DNA of 64,000 bases from an uncultured Bacillales bacterium. Lineage in GTDB: Bacteria; Bacillota_I; Bacilli_A; RFN20; CAG-826. The notes below the pieces were generated by a model. That model ran no database searches and was not told the DNA's origin. It saw nothing but the letters and a program-made list of their open reading frames with translations. Shown here piece by piece: positions 1-7,725 of the stretch; within the stretch, counting starts at the first letter, position 1; the number at the start of each line of letters is the position of its first letter. The DNA lies in NCBI GenBank assembly GCA_946403545.1, contig CAMJAG010000002.1, positions 4,600 to 68,599 on the forward strand. The letters are read 5' to 3'. The translations under genes and the position numbers were made by a program.

Positions 1-522
1 AATGTTACTATTTTTGTATCTTGCAAATAACTTAGAAAGCCACTTAGCGTAGTTTTCTGAGTTAAGCGAAATCTCTAAATGATAGTTACTAGTTTCAGGC
101 GAATTAACTGATCCTGCAGCTAGAAAAGCACCTGCTAAATAGCCTGAAATAGTATCATCGTTTCTAACGATATTTTTAGAGATTTTGCCTTCTAAAAATG
201 ACACTTCTAAGTCTTCTAAAATAGTATCACTTGCTTCATCAATTTCTATTGAATAAACAGTGTGTTTACTAAGGTTATTCTTAGTGGTCATTTTTAGTTT
301 TGCGTGAGCATCATATATCTCATTTATAGTGGTATATAAAAACTTAGAGATTTTAGCGTTTTCACTCTTAAGAGTGAGTCTAGTAGCTTTATTTCTAATA
401 ACTAAAGATCCGTTAATACGAATATAAGCTGCTAAAAGGGCTCTAAGGCGTTCTAAAGAAGTATACTCGTTTTGAGTAAGTTCTTCTTTTACCTGAGATG
501 TAAATGAGAATTCTTTTTTCAT
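1..522 (-). CDS. whiA: WhiA-family DNA-binding regulator, N-terminal ~174 codons (gene runs off the window start)
   Basis: Absent from the ORF track because it is open at the window edge. The minus-strand ATG at 520-522 overlaps the trxB stop (TAATG). I translated the frame by hand and it is open down to base 1: MKKEFSFTSQVKEELTQNEY...RINGSLVIRN...GYLAGAFLAAGSVNSPETSNYHLEISLNSENY. The GAFLAGGSVN-PETS-YHLEI block is the conserved WhiA core as I recall it from Bacillus YvcL. Confidence 0.88.
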   Translation of the reverse strand, partial: MKKEFSFTSQVKEELTQNEYTSLERLRALLAAYIRINGSLVIRNKATRLTLKSENAKISKFLYTTINEIYDAHAKLKMTTKNNLSKHTVYSIEIDEASDTILEDLEVSFLEGKISKNIVRNDDTISGYLAGAFLAAGSVNSPETSNYHLEISLNSENYAKWLSKLFARYKNSNI

Positions 523-1448
523 TATTCTCCTCTTAAAGCCTTAATTATATTAGTAGCGGCAATTCTTCCATCAGTTTCCGCTAAAAAGATTTGTCTAACT
601 TCTCTATTTAAGATGTCTCCGCCTGCGTATAAACCTTTACAGGTAGTTTCTTTTGTTTTTGTTTGTTCAATTGTGCCCCATTCATTTAAGACACCTGGGA
701 TTTTAACGAATTGGGTATTTGGGATTTGTCCCACAAGTGGGAAGAAACCTTCTACTTTGAGTGTCATTTCTTCTTCTGTTTCTCTATTTTTGATAACTAA
801 TCCTTCTACTTTATCTTCCCCTACTATCTTAACTGGGACATATGGAGTAAGGATTGTAGTGTTATCCATTGCTTTTAGTTCATCAACAAGGTGAGTTAAA
901 CCTCTGAATTCATTTCTTCTATGAACAATAGTGACATGACTACAAATATGAGCAAGATAAATTGCTTCTTTCAAAGCAGAGTTGCCTCCACCCACTACTA
1001 CGATGTCTTTTCCTTTAAAGAAATGACCATCACAGATAGCGCAATATGAAATACCATGACCTAAAAGTTCGTCTTCTTTTTCTAAGCCTAGTTTTCTTTC
1101 TTTAGTGCCACTAGCGAGGAGCACTGTTTTAGATTTTAAAACTGTGCCATCTTTAAGTTCGACATTAAATAAATCGTCCTCTTTAGTAAGGGATACTACT
1201 TCTTTATTGATAAAAGGCGCTTTTAGTGCCATTAAACGTTCAGCAAATTTCATTGCTAAATCTGGTCCAGGAATTTGGAATTCGTGTGGATAATTATCTA
1301 CTCTAGGAGCGATATTAACTTTTCCACCTGGGATATAGCTTTCAATCACAGCGAAATCAATACCTGCCTCTTTAAGTTTGCAAGCACAGCCAACACCACA
1401 AGGGCCTGAGCCAATGATGAGAGTTTCATAAATGTGATTATTTTCCAT
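522..1448 (-). CDS. trxB: thioredoxin-disulfide reductase
   Basis: 308 aa. N-terminal FAD motif GSGPCG, redox-active CAICDG, second dinucleotide motif VVGGGNSALKEA. Length is typical of low-Mr TrxR. Confidence 0.9.
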   Translation of the reverse strand: MENNHIYETLIIGSGPCGVGCACKLKEAGIDFAVIESYIPGGKVNIAPRVDNYPHEFQIPGPDLAMKFAERLMALKAPFINKEVVSLTKEDDLFNVELKDGTVLKSKTVLLASGTKERKLGLEKEDELLGHGISYCAICDGHFFKGKDIVVVGGGNSALKEAIYLAHICSHVTIVHRRNEFRGLTHLVDELKAMDNTTILTPYVPVKIVGEDKVEGLVIKNRETEEEMTLKVEGFFPLVGQIPNTQFVKIPGVLNEWGTIEQTKTKETTCKGLYAGGDILNREVRQIFLAETDGRIAATNIIKALRGE

Positions 1449-2085
1449 TTAAGATAAAATCCTCCAATTCCTTATAAGATTTAACAAATTTTACAGGTTT
1501 GACATCATCTTTAAACTTTCTAGGTCCCCATGAGACAATAACACAATCAATTCCTGCGTTTCTTGCAGTGTAGAAATCTGCGTTATTATCTCCAATGTAG
1601 AGACATTCTTGTTTACTAGAATTAGTTTGTTCAATGATTTTTAAACAACCTTCTGGATTAGGTTTACCTATTTTTACAAAATCAGGACACATAAGGATAG
1701 AGAAAAGATCATCATACTTAAGTGTTTTTAAGATTTTGCTAGTAAACCTAACAATTCTATTAGTGTTGATAGTAAGGGTATATCCCTTTTGTTTTAAAGA
1801 CTCTAATGTAATTTTAGCGTCTTTATATTCCACAAGTTCAGTTTCTATTAATTTATCAGTAATCTCTCTAAATGTTTTAGCGCAGATATCCACCATTTCT
1901 TCAGGATAATCGTTTCTAAGATTATCTTCTAAAGGTGGTCCTGAATAATAATAGAGTTCTTCCTTGCTTCTTCTAACATTAGGAGTAATCGCATCATATA
2001 ACGCTAAAAACGTATTAGCGATTAACTCATCAGTGTTCACCACTGTTCCATCAAGGTCAAAAATAAGTGTCTTATATTTGCTCAT
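1438..2085 (-). CDS. HAD-superfamily phosphatase (PpaX / phosphoglycolate phosphatase-like)
   Basis: 215 aa. HAD motif I FDLDGT, motif IV GDNNAD. Its position after lgt mirrors Bacillus lgt-ppaX synteny. It overlaps both neighbours (11 nt and 14 nt). Confidence 0.75.
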   Translation of the reverse strand: MSKYKTLIFDLDGTVVNTDELIANTFLALYDAITPNVRRSKEELYYYSGPPLEDNLRNDYPEEMVDICAKTFREITDKLIETELVEYKDAKITLESLKQKGYTLTINTNRIVRFTSKILKTLKYDDLFSILMCPDFVKIGKPNPEGCLKIIEQTNSSKQECLYIGDNNADFYTARNAGIDCVIVSWGPRKFKDDVKPVKFVKSYKELEDFILNGK

Positions 2086-3649
2086 TATTTGCCTTTTCTT
2101 TCATATATTTTTGTGCGGTAATCATATCGAATATAGCAATAGCTAAGAAAATACCAACACAAGCACCCATAGAAATTAACATAATTCCAATTAAAGAAGG
2201 TGAGTATGTTAAGTCCGCTGTCAAAGTGGATTGGTCAACTAATAAGATACCAACTACCACTAAAGCGACAATAACGACTGCAAAAGCAATCGCAGAAATA
2301 AGTGATTTTTTATATGTTTTATTATTAATTCTTTGTGGTTGACCTTTTTTCTTACGAATAATGTAGCGAACTACATGGTTTCCTAAAATTAATAAGCAAC
2401 CCAAAGCTACATAGAAAATAGACCATCCCCAGCTCCAATAGCCATCACTACCCATGTTGTAGTTAGAATCTCTAAGAGGTTCAAGAATCATTCTAATTAA
2501 TCCATACCAAATGAGATAGCCAAAACCAACATCAGCGATTTCAGTATATTTTCTAAGTTTGATACCAAATACATGCGCTAATAAAGCGTAACCGAATAAG
2601 TTAAGTACTGCTTCTATGAAGAATAATGGTAAAAATACATTTCCTTCACTAGCCTGTGTAACAGCTCCAGTAGCACTTGAATAGTGAATGTTATTAAAGA
2701 TTATTCTTGGTAACCAAGTAAAATATGTTTCACTAACTTCACCACCATGGACTTCTAAGTTAAAGAAGTTACCAAATCTACCAATAGCTTGTGCAATTAA
2801 AATGGTAGGTAAAACAATATCAATTGCTAACCAAATACTATATTTCTTCTTCATAAAGACGAACCATAATACACCAGCAGCAATACCACCGATAGCACCA
2901 CCTAAAATAGTGATACCACCATTCCAGATCTTAAACATATCCCAAGAGAATTGACCACCGAATTCTTTATTAAAGTTACCAATAACATAAGCAATTCTCG
3001 CGCCAATAATACCTGCAGGGAATGCAATTAAGAATGTAGATTCAAATATGTTTTTATCTCCATATTCAAGTTTCATCTTATGGTTACAAAGTACATATAC
3101 AAATAATGCACCACCTAAAATACATAAAGCATAGAAGGTAATAGTTAAATTAAATCCACCAGAAATTTCCATTCCTGGAATAGTAAAACCTTCTTTGATA
3201 GAAATCTTGTTTACTAATGGATAAGTCCAATAATCAGCATATCCATTTGTACATACAAAGAATGAAAGCACAAATAAGACAAAGGCAATCATCATGACTC
3301 TAAAAAGCCATTTATTTAATTTTTCAGGTACATTTTTGCGGTAATAATGCACCATAAATAAGTTAGTAGCGCTGAATAAGCTAGCCGCAAAAATAGCACC
3401 ACCCAAAATTGCTTGAAGACCTTCATACCATTTTGGGGTGATTTCCGCAAAGCGATAGATGAAGATTAACATGCCTACAAATGCTACTACAAAACCAAGA
3501 AGTAACATTACTTCATGTTTTAAATAAGTATGGAAATCCACTGTTTCTTGTGGATTTTTAATTAATTGAACGCTTTTAACAATACTAAAAACATATATTC
3601 CTAATGCTGCTAGAGCAAATATGATAAGTAGAATTAGTCCTAATAACAT
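2072..3649 (-). CDS. lgt: prolipoprotein diacylglyceryl transferase with extra N- and C-terminal membrane domains
   Basis: 525 aa. The canonical Lgt core spans about residues 160-445 and includes GRFGNFFNLEVHG, the Lgt signature G-R-x-G-N-F-x-N-x-E. About 155 aa (4 hydrophobic helices) precede the core and about 80 aa (2 helices) follow it. Confidence 0.85.
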   Translation of the reverse strand: MLLGLILLIIFALAALGIYVFSIVKSVQLIKNPQETVDFHTYLKHEVMLLLGFVVAFVGMLIFIYRFAEITPKWYEGLQAILGGAIFAASLFSATNLFMVHYYRKNVPEKLNKWLFRVMMIAFVLFVLSFFVCTNGYADYWTYPLVNKISIKEGFTIPGMEISGGFNLTITFYALCILGGALFVYVLCNHKMKLEYGDKNIFESTFLIAFPAGIIGARIAYVIGNFNKEFGGQFSWDMFKIWNGGITILGGAIGGIAAGVLWFVFMKKKYSIWLAIDIVLPTILIAQAIGRFGNFFNLEVHGGEVSETYFTWLPRIIFNNIHYSSATGAVTQASEGNVFLPLFFIEAVLNLFGYALLAHVFGIKLRKYTEIADVGFGYLIWYGLIRMILEPLRDSNYNMGSDGYWSWGWSIFYVALGCLLILGNHVVRYIIRKKKGQPQRINNKTYKKSLISAIAFAVVIVALVVVGILLVDQSTLTADLTYSPSLIGIMLISMGACVGIFLAIAIFDMITAQKYMKEKANNEQI

Positions 3650-3654
3650 AATAA

Positions 3655-6492
3655 TTACCTGTATTGTCCTTTCTTAAGGCTGGCTTTTAAGAATTCGCCA
3701 GTAAATGATTTAGGGTTGTTAGCAATTTCTTCTGGTGTGCCAGTAGCCACAACAGTGCCACCACCATCTCCACCATTAGGACCTAAATCAATGATGTAAT
3801 CTGCTACCTTAATAACATCTAAGTTATGTTCGATAACTAAAACTGTGTCTCCATGATCCACAATTCTCTCTAAAACTTTTAATAGTCTAGATACATCGTC
3901 TGTATGTAAACCTGTGGTAGGTTCATCTAAAATATAGATTGTTTTACCAGTAGGTTTCTTTTGTAAATATAAGCCAAGTTTAATTCTTTGAGCTTCACCA
4001 CCGGATAATGTAGTAGCGGCTTGGCCAAGTTTAATATATCCAAGTCCAATATCCATTAAGATTTGGAGTTTTTTCTTTAAAGAAGGTCTATTTTCAAAGA
4101 AGTTAAGTGCTTCTTCGATAGTCATTTCAAGAACGTCATAGATGTTTTTGCCTTTATAAGTGACTTGTAAAGTTTCTTCGTTATAACGTTTACCATGACA
4201 TGCATCACATTTAACGTAAACGTCTGGTAAGAAGTTCATAGGAATACGAACTACACCATCACCCCAACAAGTTTCACATCTACCACCAGGGACATTAAAG
4301 GAGAATCTACCTTTATCATATCCTCTAGCTTTTGCTTCAATTGTAGATGCAAAGATATCTCTAATATCATCAAAAATCTTAACGTATGTAGCAGGATTAC
4401 TTCTTGGAGTTCTACCAATTGGTTCTTGAGTAACGTTAATTACTTTATCGATGTTTTCAACACCAGTGATTTCTTTTGCTAAAACTTCAATATCTTCGTC
4501 TTTATTCACTTTTGCTTTAATGAACGGATATAAAGTTTGGTTAACTAATGAGGATTTGCCACTGCCAGAAACACCAGTAACTGCAACAAAGCAACCTAAT
4601 GGGATTTTTACATTAATATTCTTTAAGTTATTTTGGTATGCACCTTTAACTTCTATGAATTTTCCATTTCCTTTACGTCTTTCGTTAGGAATTGAAATAT
4701 ATTTTTTACCTGATAAGTATTGTCCAGTGATACTTTCGTCCACTTTTGCTACTTCTTCTGGAGATCCGCTTGCAACAATATAGCCACCGTGAACACCAGC
4801 ACCAGGACCAACATCTACTACATAGTCAGCGTTTCTAATAGTTTCTTCATCGTGTTCAACCACTACTAAAGTATTGCCTAAGTCACGCATCTCTTTCATA
4901 GTATTGATTAATTTTTGGCTATCTCTTGGGTGTAAACCAATGCTTGGTTCATCCATAACATATAAAACACCGGTTAATTTTGAACCGATTTGAGTAGCTA
5001 ATCTAATTCTTTGTGATTCACCACCAGAAAGAGTCATAGCCATACGAGATAGACTTAAGTATTCGAGACCAACATTGCATAAGAAAGACAATCTATTGTG
5101 AATTTCTTTTAAGACTAAATCCGCAATATCGTTTTGGTTTTTAGTTAATTTTGAAGGTAAATCTAAGATCCATTTATCTAAATCTTTGATTTGTAAGCAA
5201 GTAACTTCGTAGATGTTTTTCCCATCAATCTTAACTGAAAGAGCTTCTTTAGATAATCTAGCACCATTGCAAGTTGTACAAACTGTATCTTTCATGAAAG
5301 AACCATAATAGTCTCTCATCATATCACTTGTAGTGTCGTTATAAAGTCTTTCAAGTTTAGTTTTAATACCTTCAATAATTCCTTCTCTATTAATTGTGTT
5401 ACCAGAAGAGGATTTTAAAGTGTATTTATGGTATGTTGTGGAACCATTTAATGCGATATTCTTTTCTTCCGCCGTTAATTCGTTCCATGGAACATCCATT
5501 CTAATCTTTTCAAATTGGCAAAGATTCTTGAATTCTTGCCATTCAAGATTAGTGCCACCAACTTGGTGCGCTAAATATTTAATACATCCTTGGTTAATGC
5601 TTAAAGTTGGATCTGGAACTAAGAGTTTCACATCTACTTCTCTTTTAATGCCTAAACCTTTACAATCCGGGCAATATCCACTTGGAGAGTTAAATGAGAA
5701 TAATCTTGGTTCAACTTTTGGGACAGAGAATCCACATTTTGGACATGTATGTTTATCACTAACGAGTTTTTCTTCTCCATCACAAAGGATGATTAATAAA
5801 CCATGTGACCAGTCAATCGCGGTTTCAATAGATTCGAAAACACGAGTTCTTGCATCAGGTTTAACGATAATTCTATCTACAACAATATCAATTGAATGCT
5901 TTTTGTTTTTGTCTAAGTCTTTAACTTCATCGATTAAAACAGATTCACCATCCACTCTTAAACGAGTAAAACCTTGAAGTCTAATCTTATCGATAACATC
6001 TTTTTGTGTACCTTTTTCAGCATAAACAACAGGGGAAAGGAGTTGAACTTTGCTTCCTTCTGGATATCCCATAACGATATCAGTCATTTGAGACACGGAG
6101 AAAGAAATAATTGGTTCATTATGATTTGGACAATATGGAATACCAATTCTTCCATAAAGCAATCTTAAGTAATCGTATATTTCAGTAACTGTTCCGACAG
6201 TACTCCTTGGGTTATGTGAAACGCTCTTTTGGTCAATAGCGATACTTGGAGATAATCCATCAATACTATCAACATCTGGTTTATCGTAGTTACCAAGGAA
6301 TTGTCTTGCATAGCTAGATAATGATTCCATATATCTTCTTTGGCCTTCTGCAAAGATAGTGTCAAAAGCTAGAGTAGATTTACCACTACCAGATAATCCT
6401 GTAAACACAGTTAAAGAATCTTTTGGAATGCTGACATCAACATTCTTCAAGTTATTCTCTCTAGCGCCTTTAACAATAATTTTCTTTTCCAT
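3655..6492 (-). CDS. uvrA: excinuclease ABC subunit A
   Basis: Two ABC modules (GLSGSGKST and GVSGSGKSS Walker A; two LSGGE signatures) and zinc-finger Cys clusters. The track ORF extends to 6540. I place the start at ATG 6490-6492 (MEKKIIVKGARENNLKN), the usual UvrA N-terminus. Confidence 0.93.
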   Translation of the reverse strand: MEKKIIVKGARENNLKNVDVSIPKDSLTVFTGLSGSGKSTLAFDTIFAEGQRRYMESLSSYARQFLGNYDKPDVDSIDGLSPSIAIDQKSVSHNPRSTVGTVTEIYDYLRLLYGRIGIPYCPNHNEPIISFSVSQMTDIVMGYPEGSKVQLLSPVVYAEKGTQKDVIDKIRLQGFTRLRVDGESVLIDEVKDLDKNKKHSIDIVVDRIIVKPDARTRVFESIETAIDWSHGLLIILCDGEEKLVSDKHTCPKCGFSVPKVEPRLFSFNSPSGYCPDCKGLGIKREVDVKLLVPDPTLSINQGCIKYLAHQVGGTNLEWQEFKNLCQFEKIRMDVPWNELTAEEKNIALNGSTTYHKYTLKSSSGNTINREGIIEGIKTKLERLYNDTTSDMMRDYYGSFMKDTVCTTCNGARLSKEALSVKIDGKNIYEVTCLQIKDLDKWILDLPSKLTKNQNDIADLVLKEIHNRLSFLCNVGLEYLSLSRMAMTLSGGESQRIRLATQIGSKLTGVLYVMDEPSIGLHPRDSQKLINTMKEMRDLGNTLVVVEHDEETIRNADYVVDVGPGAGVHGGYIVASGSPEEVAKVDESITGQYLSGKKYISIPNERRKGNGKFIEVKGAYQNNLKNINVKIPLGCFVAVTGVSGSGKSSLVNQTLYPFIKAKVNKDEDIEVLAKEITGVENIDKVINVTQEPIGRTPRSNPATYVKIFDDIRDIFASTIEAKARGYDKGRFSFNVPGGRCETCWGDGVVRIPMNFLPDVYVKCDACHGKRYNEETLQVTYKGKNIYDVLEMTIEEALNFFENRPSLKKKLQILMDIGLGYIKLGQAATTLSGGEAQRIKLGLYLQKKPTGKTIYILDEPTTGLHTDDVSRLLKVLERIVDHGDTVLVIEHNLDVIKVADYIIDLGPNGGDGGGTVVATGTPEEIANNPKSFTGEFLKASLKKGQYR

Positions 6493-6580
6493 CTTTGATA
6501 ATTTTATCAAAAATTTAATAAATGGTATATGAAAACACATTATAAGTGTATTTTTATTAAATGCACTTAACCTCTAATAT

Positions 6581-6608
6581 ACAAAAAGAACCCCAATTTA
6601 ATGGGGTT
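6581..6608 (-). terminator. Rho-independent terminator after the P-loop kinase gene
   Basis: Minus-strand RNA folds as AACCCCA-(6 nt loop)-UGGGGUU (6589-6608) followed by CUUUUUGU. Confidence 0.6.
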
Positions 6609-6617
6609 TTGCAATGG

Positions 6618-7118
6618 TTATTTTAAAATTTGTTCAATTATTGGAGTAAGGTCATGTTTATCCACGATATAGATGTTATCGAAGAACTCTTTCTCTCTAT
6701 CTCCAATATCTTCAAAGTTATCAATTAGTTTTTCTAAAGCATCACTTGGAATTGGATATTTTCTGTCTAGATTTTGTTCCATAACAGTAATCTTGTCTAA
6801 TTTGAAGACTACTAAGTCCACTTCATTAAAACTCTTTTTAAGAGGTAATACTTTATCCACTCTAAATTCGGTCTTTGCATTTGTGCTATCCAAGACCACT
6901 ATTCCTTGTTTATCTAGAGAATATACTTTAGCGAGCTTGTAATACATATCCCATACTAATTTCTCATTAGATAAATTAGTTTGGCTACCACCTATTTGAG
7001 CGCGTAAGTTATCACTAGAGACAATATATAAATGACTCTTCCTTCTTTCTTTTAATAGAAGAGAGATATAACTTTTACCACTTCCAGGAACCCCAGATAA
7101 TACAATTAACTTATTCAT
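6618..7118 (-). CDS. P-loop kinase, AAA_33 / polynucleotide-kinase-like
   Basis: Walker A GVPGSGKSY near the N-terminus, then the D-x-x-R and DSTN pattern typical of small AAA_33 kinases. Start placed at ATG 7116-7118 (MNKLIVLSG) rather than the track start at 7136. Confidence 0.6.
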   Translation of the reverse strand: MNKLIVLSGVPGSGKSYISLLLKERRKSHLYIVSSDNLRAQIGGSQTNLSNEKLVWDMYYKLAKVYSLDKQGIVVLDSTNAKTEFRVDKVLPLKKSFNEVDLVVFKLDKITVMEQNLDRKYPIPSDALEKLIDNFEDIGDREKEFFDNIYIVDKHDLTPIIEQILK

Positions 7119-7150
7119 GTATATAAATAATACCACTTATTATAAATAAG

Positions 7151-7181
7151 ACAAAAGAAAAACACGGCACTCGGCCGTGTT
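7151..7181 (-). terminator. Rho-independent terminator after the 128 aa gene
   Basis: Inverted repeat AACACGGC / GCCGTGTT (7161-7181) with a 5 nt loop, followed on the minus strand by UUUCUUUUGU. Confidence 0.7.
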
Positions 7182-7195
7182 TGTTGAGACTTGAA

Positions 7196-7582
7196 TTATT
7201 TTATTAATTCGCTTGCCTTTTTAGAAACGTCATCGCCGTTTCTAGCACATTCAAATAAGATCTTTACATCGTCTTCATTTAATAGTCCAAGTTTATTTAC
7301 TTTTGCTGTTGCTTTTTTGACATCTTTCTTAACGACTTTAAGAAGTGATTCGTTTTCTTTACGAACAGCAATTTTACGTTTAACAGCATTTAACATTGTG
7401 CTTGGAACATAAGCGGAAACAATCTTGCTTCCTTCTCTCCATTGACGATAGTTATATGTGTGACCTGAAATATGCTTTACAGAAATGTAACCACTAGGCA
7501 AAACTGCGATTGTTTTCTCTATTTGAACGTATTCGTTAACTAATTCAACAAGAGCTTCAACTTCTCTCAAATTTTTGTTCAT
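7196..7582 (-). CDS. hypothetical 128 aa soluble protein
   Basis: Clean ORF with its own terminator, charged and helical, no motif I recognise. AGGAGAA lies upstream of the ATG. Confidence 0.5.
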   Translation of the reverse strand: MNKNLREVEALVELVNEYVQIEKTIAVLPSGYISVKHISGHTYNYRQWREGSKIVSAYVPSTMLNAVKRKIAVRKENESLLKVVKKDVKKATAKVNKLGLLNEDDVKILFECARNGDDVSKKASELIK

Positions 7583-7659
7583 AGTTATATTCTCCTTTAA
7601 CCTACCGAATATATCATAAAGATATTTATTTTAATATTCAATATCTTTTGAAATTTTCT

Positions 7660-7693
7660 TAAAAATAAGGTGTCAGTTTTAGTAACTGGCACC
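7660..7693 (-). terminator. terminator after nifJ
   Basis: 10 bp inverted repeat at 7669-7693 (GGTGCCAGTT / AACTGACACC on the minus strand, one A-C mismatch), followed by UUAUUUUU. Confidence 0.5.
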
Positions 7694-7725
7694 CCACTTT
7701 TATTACACTTTTTCGCTAATTTAGA

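Noticed and set aside
5396-5977. 193 aa plus-strand ORF, and many similar 60-150 aa ORFs antisense to large genes (e.g. 53872-54315, 55804-56244, 42379-42828, 14580-14906, 57882-58307)
   Set aside because: These are shadow ORFs lying entirely inside well-supported conserved genes on the opposite strand or in another frame. They have Ser/Leu/Thr-rich compositions and no start signals.
6493-6540. 16-codon N-terminal extension of uvrA in the ORF track (MCFHIPFIKFLIKLSK)
   Set aside because: UvrA proteins begin close to the first Walker A module. The internal ATG at 6490-6492 gives the canonical N-terminus, and the extension is hydrophobic and AT-driven.
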